A stretch of 64,000 nt of DNA from Corallococcus silvisoli (GTDB lineage Bacteria; Myxococcota; Myxococcia; Myxococcales; Myxococcaceae): positions 336,470-400,469 of the forward strand of contig NZ_JAAAPJ010000005.1 of NCBI RefSeq assembly GCF_009909145.1. The letters are read 5' to 3'. The position numbers were made by a program, and so were the translations under genes. The notes beneath the pieces are model-generated. The model was not told where the DNA came from. It saw only the letters and a program-made list of their open reading frames with translations, and ran no database searches. Of this stretch, positions 46,338 through 56,700 are shown piece by piece. The stretch's first letter is position 1. Each line of letters starts with the position of its first letter.

Positions 46338-47145
46338 GCCGGGACGGCAGGCGCACGTCCCACGCCAGCCCCACGGCCTGGAGCGCGCGGATGAAGAGCC
46401 AGCCTGGATCCCACTGCCACCACACCCAGCCATGCCGCGCGGACGCGGGGAAGGCGTGGTGGTTGTTGTGCCAGCCCTCGCCCAGCGCGAGGACGCTCAC
46501 CCACCACACGTTCCGGCTCTGGTCGCGCGTGTCGTGGACGCGCGAGCCGAACGCGGCGTGGCACACGGAGTTCACCGCGTAGGTGCTCTGCATCCAGCAC
46601 ACCACCGGCAGGAAGAAGTACGCGGGCACCGCGCGCCAGCCGAACGTCAGCCCCACCGCGAGCACCGCCAGCACCTGCGGCGCGATCCGGTAGCGCAGGA
46701 GCCAGTGGTAGTAGCCGTCCTGCGCCATGTCGCGGCACCAGGTGCGCCAGCCGTCCTCCTCCGTGGAGGCCTCGTTGAGGATCCACCCCATGTGCGCGTA
46801 CCAGAAGCCGCGCACGGGCGAATGCACGTCGCCCTCCATGTCCGCCTTCGCGTGATGCAGCCGGTGGTTGGCGGCCCACAGCAGCGGGCTGCCCTGGGCC
46901 GTCAGCATGGCCACCGTCACCAGCGCGTACTCCACCCAGCGGGGGCAGGCGAAGGCCCGGTGGCAGAGGAGCCGGTGCAGCCCCACCGTGGTGCCCAGCC
47001 CGATGGACACGTACACCCCCAGCGCCACCGGCAGCGCGTACGGAGGCCACGGGAGGAAGAAGGCCAGCGCGGCCAGCGCATGCACCACGAGCATGTAGCC
47101 GACGATGACGGGACTGAACCGGAAGCGGAGCGGAGCGGTGGTCAT
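46315..47145 (-). CDS. Acyl-CoA (stearoyl-CoA delta-9-like) desaturase
   Basis: HRLLCHRAF, HRLHH and HNNHH histidine boxes with 4 transmembrane helices. ATG at 47145. The ORF-track extension to 49815 is an artefact running across the neighbouring gene. Confidence 0.8.
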   Translation of the reverse strand: MTTAPLRFRFSPVIVGYMLVVHALAALAFFLPWPPYALPVALGVYVSIGLGTTVGLHRLLCHRAFACPRWVEYALVTVAMLTAQGSPLLWAANHRLHHAKADMEGDVHSPVRGFWYAHMGWILNEASTEEDGWRTWCRDMAQDGYYHWLLRYRIAPQVLAVLAVGLTFGWRAVPAYFFLPVVCWMQSTYAVNSVCHAAFGSRVHDTRDQSRNVWWVSVLALGEGWHNNHHAFPASARHGWVWWQWDPGWLFIRALQAVGLAWDVRLPSRLRSEAGA

Positions 47146-47216
47146 GGCCTGGTGCGGAGTCGAAGGGGAGGCACGCAGCGTAGGGGCCGGGCCTGACGGC
47201 GCGGGGGGATGCACGG

Positions 47217-50200
47217 TCACCCCCCCCGCGCGGCGCGGAGCGGCGGGAGCGCCGCGGTGCCGGGCAGCAGGGCCTGCATCGCGGCCTGGAAGCGGTCCAT
47301 GCGGCGCAGCTCCGCGTGGGCCTCCACCTGCGTGAAGATGGCCCGGGCGCGGGCCAGGAACGCGTCCCGCCGGTGCGGCAGCGCCACCGCCGCGTCGAAG
47401 TAGGCCACGCCCGTCTCCCAGCGGTTGGGGCTCTTCTCCAGGACGGCGATGGCCTCCAGGAACACCGGCTCCGCGGCCCTCGGGCCCTTGCGCAGGGCCA
47501 GGGCGCGCGCCGTCACGCGCAGCGCCGGGCCCTTGAGGTACGGGTACAGCCGGGCGATCACGCGCGCCTTGAGGCAGGCCAGCCGCACGATGCGCAGCAG
47601 CTTCTTGCGCGACACCACCGTGGCGCCCTCCTCCAGCGCGAAGAGGGCCGCCTCCGCCGCGTCCACCAGCCCCACCTGGAGGAAGGGCACCAGCACCTGG
47701 TAGCTCCAGATGCTCTTGAAGCAGCGCACCGCGACGAGCGCCGCCTCCTCCACCTGGTGCTCGCGCACGGTGACGTTGGCCAGGTGGTTGAGGCTCGCGC
47801 ACTGGTTGGCCAGGTCCGCCACCTCCATGCTGATGCGCAGGCCCTGCTCCATCTCCGCGCACAGCTCGCCGACGTCGCCTTCGCCCAGCAGGTAGCGGCA
47901 CATGGGCGCCCACGAGTGCGCCCAGCCCTGGTGCATCAGCGCGTTGAGCTCCAGGCCAATGGTCCCCATCTGCTCGTAGAGCGACTCCGCCGTCCGGAAG
48001 CGCGAGTGGAGGAACTCCCCTGTCGCCTGCATCATCAGGGACGTCTGGCGCTCCCAGCGCTCGCCCACCTGGCGCAGCGTGGAGACGGCCTCCTCCTGGA
48101 ACTCCCGCGCGCGCTCCAGCTCGTTGGCGAAGAAGGCCTGGATGCCCAGGCGGCTGAGCGCGAGCCCCTCCGCCACGGGGTCGCGGGAGCGCAGTGCGTA
48201 GGTGAGCGCCCGCTCGCAGTGCAGCCGCGCGCGCTTGAGCAACCCCGCGCCGAACAGCAGCGTGCCGTAATAGCCGCTGGCGAGGCTCATGGCGTAGTCG
48301 CTGCGCGAGCGCTCCGCCATGTTGGTGGACACCAGCGTCGCCCAGGTGAGCTTGGTGATGTCCGCGAAGTAGTAGATGCGGATGAGCGAGTTGAGCGTGG
48401 ACAGCTGCTGGAGGTAGTTGCCCAGCCGCGACGCGGGCAGCGGCCGCAGCACGAACGGCATCAGCGTGGCCAGCCCCCGGAGGAGCAGGTTGCCCAGCGT
48501 CCGCGCGCCCAGCGCGGCCAGGTTCCCGGGGAGGCTGCGGCCTCGGAGGACCAGCGACTGCTCCAGGTGCTGCGTGGCCAGCGCGGACTCGCCCTTCTCC
48601 TGGTGCGCGCGGCCCAGGCCCAGGTGCAGCTCCGCCTGCTGCGGCACCTCCTCCTCGTCCACCAGGCACTGCTCGAACATCAGGATGGCGTTGGCGTAGT
48701 GGCCCGCCTGGAGCAGCGTCTCCGCCAGCTCCTGCATCACCCGGCGCGTCTTCAGCAGCATCGCCTCCGGGTCCACCGGCACGACGGTGCCCAGGAGCTC
48801 CAACCCCCGGTTGTAGTGGTAGAGGGCGTCGTCGTTGGCGTACTGCGCCCGCGCGCTGCGGGCCGCCATCAGCGTGTACTCCAGGCCCTTGTCCTCCACG
48901 TTGCCCGCGAGGAAGTGGAACGCGAGCAGACCCGCGGAGCCCGCGAGGTTGTCGCTCGCGCGGGCCTCCAGGTAGCGCGCGAGCCGGCGGTGCAGGTCCT
49001 CGCGCGCCGACACCAGCAGCGTGTTGTAGGCCACGTCGCGGATGACGATGTGCTTGAAGAGGCAGGTGTAGGGCTCCTCCGCCTCCAGGAGGGTGAGGCC
49101 CAGGCGCCGGAGCGTGTCCATGGCCTCGCGGAGCCTCGGGCCGGCCAGGGAGGGCACCAGCGCCGCCACCGCGTCCAGCGTGAAGATGCGCCCGATGACG
49201 GACGCCACCTTCACCACCAGCTTCTCCGTCTCGCTCAGCAGGTCGATGCGCGACAGCACCACGTCCTGGATGGAGTCCGGGAGCAGCAGGTCCTGCAGGC
49301 CGCGCTTCACCTCCATCCGCGACGCGCCGGGCTCCACCGGTCCCAGGTAGCCCTGCTCCGCCAGGCCCTCCACGATGGACTCGATGAAGAACGGGTTGCC
49401 CTGCACCTTCGCGAGCAGCCGCTCCTCCAGCGCCACGTCCGGCGGCGACAAGCGCAGGTGCACGCGCAGGAGCGCTCGCGTGTCCTCGTCGTCCAGGCTG
49501 CTCAGGTCCACCGGACAGTACTCGGGCGTGTCGCGCAGCCCCTTGAGCTGGTCGCCCGGGCGCATCGTCGCCAGCACCATGATGCGGTGCGACCCCACGC
49601 GCGCCGCGAGGTGCTGGAGCAGGTCCAACGAGATGTAGTCCGCCCAGTGCAGGTCCTCGAAGAAGAGCAGCAGCGGCTGCGCGTGGCTGAGCTTCTCCAG
49701 GAGCTGGAAGACGATCTGGAACACCTTCTGCTGCTTGCGCCTCGCGTCCATCCCCGCCGTGACGGACGTCTCCTCCAGGGACATGCCCAGGATGCCCGCG
49801 ACCACGGGCATCCACTCCGGCCCCACGTCCTCCAGGCCGTCCAGCCCCTGCCGCAGGCGCGTCAGCTGCGCCTCCGTGTCATCCGAGTCGTGCAGCCCGA
49901 AGGCCTGGAGCAGCACTTCCTTCCAGGGGAAGAAGGGGGTGAACATCTCGTAGGAGTAGCAGACGCCGTACAGCGCCCGCGCGCCGCCCTCCTCCGCGTC
50001 CTCCAGGACGCGCGCGCCCAGCCGTGACTTGCCGATGCCGGCCTCGCCGGACACCACGCACACGCGGCCCTGGCCGGTGAACGACGCGTTCAGCGCCTCA
50101 TGCAGCACGTTCAGCTCACGGCTGCGGCCGATGATGTCGCCCCGGCCCTTGATGAAGAGGCCGCGGCGCGTCTCCCCCAGCAGCCGGTACACCGGCACCG

Positions 50201-51509
50201 TGCGCGAGACGCCCTTGAGCTTCGCGTCCTCCACGAACTCGGTGGCGAAGCCGCCCTGCAGCGAGCGGGCCTGGGTGTTGGCGCACAGGTGCACGCCGCT
50301 CTGGCGTCCGCCGTGCGTCATCAAGCGCGCGGCCATGTTCACGACCTCGCCCAGCGCCGAGTACCCCTTGCGCGTCGGGGAGCCCATGTCCCCGCAGTAG
50401 GCGTGGCCGGTGGCGATGCCGATCTGCAGCTCGTCCAGGAACGGGAACGACTCCCGGGCCTTGAGCAGCTTGCAGGCCAGCCGGCACGCCAGCACCTCCT
50501 TGTTCTGCTGGGCGGTGGGCGCGCCGAACAGGACGTAGAGCACGTTGCCCTTGTCCGTGAAGTCCGTCATCAGCAGCACGCCGCCGTGGTGGGCGCTCTC
50601 GCGCTGGACGAACTCGTAGTAGGCGTTGAGGTCGCGGGTGAACGCGCCGGGGTCGTGGTCCGACGTCGCATGCGTGAAGCGCACGAAGAAGCAGGTGACG
50701 TCGCGGAAGTCTCCGGTGAACTCCTGGTGCGCGGTGGTGATCTTCGTGAAGAGCACCGGGTGCAGCAGGAGCGCGCACCGGCCCACCAGCTCCGCCCCTC
50801 CCGTGGGCGGCGGCAGCGGGCGCTTGACGGAGTCCACCGGCGCGTCGAGCGCCAGCCGGTGGTTGCCGCCCTCGCGGGGCTCCCCCCTTCGCGCGGCTTC
50901 CGGCAACACGTCCCACGCACGGGGGCTGAGCACCACCTCCGACACCGTGGCCTGCTTCTCCGCGCCCACCGCCTGCGCCAGCGGCTCGCCCACGAGCGCC
51001 GGGTGCATCCACAGGCCGGTGCTCCCCATCACGATGCGGGTGGACTCACCAAAGCCGATGCCGATGCGCGACGACACGCCGAAGCGCTGACCCAACAGCT
51101 CCAGCCGCGCGAAGCGCGCGAGCCGCCGCTGCACGCCCAGCGCGCACACCGCCGCGCGCTGCACGACGTCTGCGTCCGCCTCGCCGGGCGCGGCCTCGAA
51201 GCACGCGAGGATGGAGTCTCCGGCGAACTGGTAGATGTCCCCGCCGTGGTCGCGGACCACGTCGATCATCTCCGTGTAGTAGTTCGTGAGCAGCCGCTGG
51301 AGCGCGTCGATGCCTCGCGGACCCGCGCCGCTCAGCCCCACCACGATGGGCGTGAAGCCCGCGATGTCCAGCAGCAGGATGGCGCCCCGCACGGCTTCCG
51401 CGTGCGGCAGCGAATCCGCCTCATGGCTCCCGAGCCGCGCGAGGATGGCCGCCGGCATGTAGGGCGCCAGCGCCGCGACCACCGGATCAATGGGCTGCGT
51501 GGAGGACAT
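47217..51509 (-). CDS. Large regulatory protein: two class III adenylate/guanylate cyclase domains, an AAA/NB-ARC-like ATPase and a TPR-like C-terminus
   Basis: LLLDIAGFTPI...FAGDSILACFE and a second FFVRFT...VLYVLFGAP cyclase core; Walker A GEAGIGKS; a long helical repeat region. Confidence 0.8.
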   Translation of the reverse strand: MSSTQPIDPVVAALAPYMPAAILARLGSHEADSLPHAEAVRGAILLLDIAGFTPIVVGLSGAGPRGIDALQRLLTNYYTEMIDVVRDHGGDIYQFAGDSILACFEAAPGEADADVVQRAAVCALGVQRRLARFARLELLGQRFGVSSRIGIGFGESTRIVMGSTGLWMHPALVGEPLAQAVGAEKQATVSEVVLSPRAWDVLPEAARRGEPREGGNHRLALDAPVDSVKRPLPPPTGGAELVGRCALLLHPVLFTKITTAHQEFTGDFRDVTCFFVRFTHATSDHDPGAFTRDLNAYYEFVQRESAHHGGVLLMTDFTDKGNVLYVLFGAPTAQQNKEVLACRLACKLLKARESFPFLDELQIGIATGHAYCGDMGSPTRKGYSALGEVVNMAARLMTHGGRQSGVHLCANTQARSLQGGFATEFVEDAKLKGVSRTVPVYRLLGETRRGLFIKGRGDIIGRSRELNVLHEALNASFTGQGRVCVVSGEAGIGKSRLGARVLEDAEEGGARALYGVCYSYEMFTPFFPWKEVLLQAFGLHDSDDTEAQLTRLRQGLDGLEDVGPEWMPVVAGILGMSLEETSVTAGMDARRKQQKVFQIVFQLLEKLSHAQPLLLFFEDLHWADYISLDLLQHLAARVGSHRIMVLATMRPGDQLKGLRDTPEYCPVDLSSLDDEDTRALLRVHLRLSPPDVALEERLLAKVQGNPFFIESIVEGLAEQGYLGPVEPGASRMEVKRGLQDLLLPDSIQDVVLSRIDLLSETEKLVVKVASVIGRIFTLDAVAALVPSLAGPRLREAMDTLRRLGLTLLEAEEPYTCLFKHIVIRDVAYNTLLVSAREDLHRRLARYLEARASDNLAGSAGLLAFHFLAGNVEDKGLEYTLMAARSARAQYANDDALYHYNRGLELLGTVVPVDPEAMLLKTRRVMQELAETLLQAGHYANAILMFEQCLVDEEEVPQQAELHLGLGRAHQEKGESALATQHLEQSLVLRGRSLPGNLAALGARTLGNLLLRGLATLMPFVLRPLPASRLGNYLQQLSTLNSLIRIYYFADITKLTWATLVSTNMAERSRSDYAMSLASGYYGTLLFGAGLLKRARLHCERALTYALRSRDPVAEGLALSRLGIQAFFANELERAREFQEEAVSTLRQVGERWERQTSLMMQATGEFLHSRFRTAESLYEQMGTIGLELNALMHQGWAHSWAPMCRYLLGEGDVGELCAEMEQGLRISMEVADLANQCASLNHLANVTVREHQVEEAALVAVRCFKSIWSYQVLVPFLQVGLVDAAEAALFALEEGATVVSRKKLLRIVRLACLKARVIARLYPYLKGPALRVTARALALRKGPRAAEPVFLEAIAVLEKSPNRWETGVAYFDAAVALPHRRDAFLARARAIFTQVEAHAELRRMDRFQAAMQALLPGTAALPPLRAARGG

Positions 51510-51525
51510 CCCCAGGGCCTTCCGC

Positions 51526-51927
51526 TCAGGACAGCGTGGCGTAGCGAAGGTACAGGGCCCCCACGCACACCAGGCCGTAGAGGGGAATCTCCGCCGTCTC
51601 CGTCCAGGGCTGCTGCTTCATCACCGCGCCCCAGATGTGCACCGCCGTCATCAGCCCGCCAATCAGGCCGATGAGCTCGAAGATGACCAGGTGGCTCTTG
51701 GGGTCCGGAATGAACCGCACCACCGCGATGATGACGGACAGCGCCAGGCCCCCCAGGCAGCGCGCGAAGTAGACCGTCAGGTCGTTGTTGCCCGTGGGCA
51801 GCTCCCACCCGAACCAGCGCGCCCACCGCAGTGGGACGAACAGCAACGGCAGTGCGTAGACGATCAGGAACAGCGACGTGGAGAGCGCGAGGAACCAGCT
51901 GGCCAGCGGATAGTCGGGGTTGATCAT
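51526..51927 (-). CDS. Small membrane protein (~134 aa, 4 predicted transmembrane helices)
   Basis: ATG at 51927 (MINPDYP); hydrophobic spans. Lies 17 nt downstream of the cyclase gene. Confidence 0.5.
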   Translation of the reverse strand: MINPDYPLASWFLALSTSLFLIVYALPLLFVPLRWARWFGWELPTGNNDLTVYFARCLGGLALSVIIAVVRFIPDPKSHLVIFELIGLIGGLMTAVHIWGAVMKQQPWTETAEIPLYGLVCVGALYLRYATLS

Positions 51928-52066
51928 GGTGGCGAACGTGGCAGGGGCCTGGCGTCCGCGATGCCGGGCGCACCCTGCCCCACGTGTCCATCCTAGAATC
52001 TTTTCCCACCCCGTGGGGTACCTTCCCCCCACCCACCAAGGCCGGTGGGTCGCCTGCCCCGGCCGG

Positions 52067-52597
52067 CTACCGGGTGGCGGCCAGGAGGAACTCCGTCACC
52101 CGCTCCAGGGAGGTGGTGCGCTCGGCCTCCGCCGGGAAGCGCCGGAACAGCTCCGGTGGCCCATGGAGGATGAGCGGCTTGCCATAGCGCAGCGCCAGCA
52201 CGGCCTCCGCCGCGGTGCCCGCGCCCCCGGGCAGCGCCACCAGGGCGTGCGGGGTCAGCACGTTGATGTGGTTGCGGCTCATGGGGTCCGTGCCCTGCTC
52301 CCCGCTGAGCGGCAGGTGGGTGTAGATGGGGATTTCGATGTCCGTGTTCGGATAGCCGGGCCGGGGCTGGTAGCGGCCGTCCGTCCCCACGGTGCCGGGG
52401 ATGATGCCGATGGCCGCCCCCCGCCGCCCCTCCACCTGGACGAAGGCCTCCGCGGCCGCGCTCATCACACCGCCCCCCGCCCCGGTGAGCAGGTCGAAGC
52501 CCGCCTCGGCGATCCACCGCGCCAGGGGGACGACCCACTCCGCGTGGGCCTCCGCCCCCGAGCCGAAGACTCCGATGATGCGGCGGTGTCTGCGCAT
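52067..52597 (-). CDS. LOG-family / TIGR00725-type Rossmann-fold nucleotide-binding protein
   Basis: GVFGSGA...GGGxGVMSAAA...PGGAGT motifs. ATG at 52597; the ORF-track extension to 53242 is rejected. Confidence 0.7.
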   Translation of the reverse strand: MRRHRRIIGVFGSGAEAHAEWVVPLARWIAEAGFDLLTGAGGGVMSAAAEAFVQVEGRRGAAIGIIPGTVGTDGRYQPRPGYPNTDIEIPIYTHLPLSGEQGTDPMSRNHINVLTPHALVALPGGAGTAAEAVLALRYGKPLILHGPPELFRRFPAEAERTTSLERVTEFLLAATR

Positions 52598-52840
52598 GAC
52601 TGCATCCTCCCCAGGAGCCCCGAGCTGCGTGAGCCCCTGTTCCATGCGAATCCGTTGCCAACGCCGCAAGGGCTCACGGACCGCCGTGCGGCCTCCCTCC
52701 CGTCCACCCGTGGAAGGTGCGCGGGGCGAGCGTCCGACACCCGTCGCTTCCCCCCGCCTGGAGCGCCAGACGCCCTCACCCAACCTGGGATGTCGGACCC
52801 CTCCTCTACCTTCGTTCACGAATGAGCCCGGAGACTGCCC

Positions 52841-53146
52841 ATGTTCGACGCCTGTGGAGGTTGTGAGCGCCGTGGTACCGCCGGTGAGGTGTTCGACTGG
52901 TGCGCGCACTGCGAATTGTCCCTGTGCCCCCTCTGCCTCGGACGGGGCTGCTGCGGAAGCACCCCCGCGGAGTCCGGACGGGGCGCGCCCCGGGAGCTGC
53001 CCGAGCCCCCCGAGCACGCGTGCGAACCCCTGCCGGAGCACTTCGGCGGACGCTGCTGCACGCACGCGCGCGCGGTGGCGTGCTCCTGCGCCTTCCACTG
53101 GGTCTGCGTGCGCCACGGCGACGTGCACGTGGGGACGCACGACTGA
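52841..53146 (+). CDS. Small Cys-rich protein (101 aa, 15 Cys in CxxC/CC pairs), putative metal-binding
   Basis: GGAGA 7 nt upstream of the ATG. GC3-rich codon usage. Several CxxC pairs suggest zinc-ribbon-like sites. Confidence 0.4.
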   Translation: MFDACGGCERRGTAGEVFDWCAHCELSLCPLCLGRGCCGSTPAESGRGAPRELPEPPEHACEPLPEHFGGRCCTHARAVACSCAFHWVCVRHGDVHVGTHD

Positions 53147-53274
53147 CATCCGGTCAGTGCCCGGGTGACGTGAAGCATCAACCCCAGGCGGGGCGTTGAC
53201 ACATGGGGGGCCTGTCCACGACGGTTTCAGCCCGTCGGGCACTCCTGCCCGGACGCATCGCGGAGCAAGACACC

Positions 53275-53667
53275 ATGGGACTCGCCGAACGGAAGGAAAT
53301 GGCGGCGTTCAAGAGGGATTCCTTCGAGCCGAAGGTGCAGGAGCTGAGGCAGGCCGCGGGCGGCGCGGACATCCAGGCCACGCTCGACGAGGCCAGCTTC
53401 ACCACGGTGGCCGCCATCCAGATGATCTCCAACGGCATCTTCGACCGGCTCATCGACGACATGAAGTCCGTCTGCGACGACGACATCGGCAAGGAGGCCG
53501 TCCGGGACGGCATCAAGACGGTGCACATCCTCCACAAGGACGACGCCGGCTACACGCTGGAGCTGGGGGGCGGCACCTTCACCATCCGCGCGAAGGTGGA
53601 CGGCTCGCTGGGCGACGACCTGCCCGGGTACGGCGCCTACAAGGACTTCCTGCTGAAGAAGCTGTAG
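53275..53667 (+). CDS. Hypothetical protein (130 aa)
   Basis: ATG at 53275 (MGLAERKE); coding-like codon usage. Confidence 0.5.
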   Translation: MGLAERKEMAAFKRDSFEPKVQELRQAAGGADIQATLDEASFTTVAAIQMISNGIFDRLIDDMKSVCDDDIGKEAVRDGIKTVHILHKDDAGYTLELGGGTFTIRAKVDGSLGDDLPGYGAYKDFLLKKL

Positions 53668-53733
53668 GCCGCGCCGACAGGCCGGTGGGACGCCCGAGCT
53701 GGCCACCGCCAGCCCGGGATCATCCGCTCCAGC

Positions 53734-56700
53734 TCAGGGCACGTCCAACGCGACGCCCTGGCCCGGGACGGCCATCACCCAGCGGACGAGGTCAGGCTTG
53801 CCGCCGCAGGTGACGCGCACCTCGAACTCACGCCCCGCGGGCATGGGACTGGCGAGCGGCGTCTGCCCCTGGAGCACCTGGGAGCCCAGCGCGACGCGGC
53901 ACCCCTGGGCGCCGGTGACGCTGAGCGTGCCCCGGGCATCCGCCTGGGGCGCGGCATCCGCGAGCGTGCGCAGGTCGATGTGCTCGGCCTTCGCCACCTT
54001 GCCAAAGCGGTGCAGCTTGCCGTCCACGGCGGTGGAGACGAGCCAGCCGCCCGGATCCTCGGGCAGGGCGTGCTTGCCCTCCAGCAGCACGCCGGACACG
54101 TAGACGCGCTCACCCTCCTGGGCGTTGCGGACCTCCATGCCTCCCTTGGGCAACAGGAAGGCCAGCGCGAGCCCCGCGAGCACCAGTCCGCCTCCGCCCA
54201 CCCACAGCCCCTTGCGCTGACCGGACGTCAGGCCCTTGCCTGGCGCGGGGTGCCCGCCCGCGCTGGGAGCAACGGGCGCGGGCGGCGGCACGGCATGCAC
54301 CGGGGCCGGAGGTGGGGCCACGCGCTCTCCCGAGGCACGCGCATGCGTGGGCACGGGAGTGGAGCCAATGGGCGGCAAGGAGGCCGTGTGCGGAGGAGGC
54401 GGCGGCGCGGAGACCTGCGGCGCGGCGGCGACGGGAGGAGGCGGCGGGACCGCGGTCATCGGCGCCACGCTGGGCACGGAGACCGAGGGCCGCGCGGGCG
54501 GCTGCGGAGGAGGCCCCACGCGCGTGGGCACGTTGGCGGAAGCGGCCGGGCGCACCGCCGTCGGTGACGGCAACGGCGACACGGGCGGCGGCGCGGCAGG
54601 GCGCGAAGGACGGGGCGCGGGAGCGGCCATCACGGGCGGCGCGGCGGGAGGGCGCGGCGGTTCGGAGGCGACGGAGACGACCTCGGTGCCCCGCTCGGCG
54701 GGCTCGGGCGCGGCGGCGACGGGCGGCGGCTCCATCCGCGGCATGCTGCCGGAGCCCCCGCGCACGGGAGGCCGGGACAGGTCCGACGGAGCCCGCATGT
54801 CGCTGCCAGAACCGGAGCCCGTGCCCAGGTTGCGCGAGTGCGAACCCGTGCCCGGCATCAGCGCCCGGGGGTTGGAGCCCGTCCCCGAGCCGGCGATGGA
54901 GGACGGCGCGTACTCGGAGAGCCGGTCCCCCAGCGCCTCCTTGAAGAACTGCGCCACCGACGCGGGCGACGAGGACAGCCGGTGGTGCGCGATGACCGCT
55001 TCGATCTCCTCGCGCATCGCCGCCGCGGAGGGCGTGCGGCGCGCCGGGTCCTTCACCAGCGCGCGCAGGATGAGGTCGGACACGTCCTGCGGGATGTGCG
55101 GCTTGAGCTGCGAGGGCACCGGCGCGGGCTCGCGCACGATGGCCGCGAGCGTGGCCGCGTCATGGTCCCGGCGGAACGGCAGCTGCCCGGTGAGCAGTTC
55201 GAAGAGCACCACGCCCAGCGCGAACACGTCGTTGCGCCAGTCCAGCGGGCGGCCGCTGGCGGCCTCCGGGGAGAGGTACGAAATCTTCCCCTTGATGACG
55301 CCCGCCTGCGTCTGCTCCTCGCCCTGCACCTTGGCGATGCCGAAGTCCGACAGCTTGATGGCGCCGTCGAGCGACACGAGCACGTTGTGGGGGCTGACGT
55401 CGCGGTGGACCACCGGGTGCGCGGTGCCGGACGGGTCCACGTAGCTGTGCGCGTAGTGCAGGCCCGCCGCGACCTCCGCCACGATGCGCAGCGCGTGCTC
55501 CAGCGGCAGCGCCATGCCCTTGCGGCGCAGCTCCGTGATCAGGCGCTTGAGGTCCGGGCCGCGCACGTACTCCATCAGGATGTACGCCACGCCGTCCGTC
55601 ACGCCCACGTCGAAGGTCTGGACGATGTTGGGGTGCGTGAGGCGCGCGTTCGCGCGGGCCTCCGCGAAGAGCATGTCGACGAACTCGGGGTTCTCCGCGA
55701 ACTGCGCGAGGATCTTCTTCATCACCACGAACTTCTCGAAGCCCTTCACGCCCTGCTGCTTGGCGAGGAACACCTCCGCCATGCCGCCCTGCCCCAGCCG
55801 GCGGATGATCTGCAGCCGGGCGCTGCCGCCGTGCACGTCCGTGGGCGACGTGCCGCGGGCCCCGGGGTCCGCGTTGGTGGAGCCGAAGAGGTACTGGCTG
55901 AGCGCGCGCTGCTCCAGCGCCTCGATGTCGTCGAGCGGCTTCTCGGTGAGCGGCGTGCGCGCCAGCAGGCCCTGGAACTGCGCCAGCGCCGGGGCCCGCG
56001 CGGTGCCGCCGCAGACGGGGCACACGCGGTCCATGGTGCCCTTGGCGCGCAGCACCTCCAGGTATTCGGAGGTCTGGATGCGCTGGTGGGTGACCTGGCC
56101 GCAGTTGCGGCAGTCGCACGGCAGCCACAGCGTGGCCAGCTTCGCCGGCAGCGGCTTGGAGGACTTCGCCAGCACGCCCAGCATCGGCGGGGGCACGCGG
56201 CAGAGCACCACCTGCGCGCCCTGCGCCGCCACCTCCAGCACTTGTTCGATGCGCGGCAGGGCCTCCGGCTCCACCGTGCTCACGTGACAGCAGTCGAACG
56301 CGACGCGCCCCTCCAGGCCGGACGCGAGCCGGCGCACGTTGAGGTCGCCCTTCAGCGTGCTGGCCAGGGTGATGAAGGTGATGTCGTCCTGGATGATCTT
56401 CAGGTGCGAGGAGAGCTCGGACGGCTCCGACGGACTGCTGGCGCGCAGGTAGCGCAGCACGGCCGGGTCCACCGCGGAGAACTGCTGGCGGCGGGCGAAG
56501 TCGAAGAACTCCGTGGGCTCGTCCGCGAACTCCAGGGGCTGCGCGCACACGGGGCACTGGTGCGGCGGGGCGCCGCCCTGCTCCAGGATCTTCGCCTCCT
56601 CCACCAGCCGGACCAGCCGCAGCCGGTCCTCCTTGCAGAAGCGGCAGGTGTAGGGCGCCAGCAGGGAGAGCACGCGCGCGACGCCCGCGAAGCCCTCCAC

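Noticed and set aside
46315-49815. 1166-aa ORF suggesting a giant desaturase fusion
   Set aside because: Only the last 276 codons (47145-46315) encode the desaturase. The rest is an open alternative frame running across the cyclase/AAA gene (47217-51509), which has strong motifs in its own frame.
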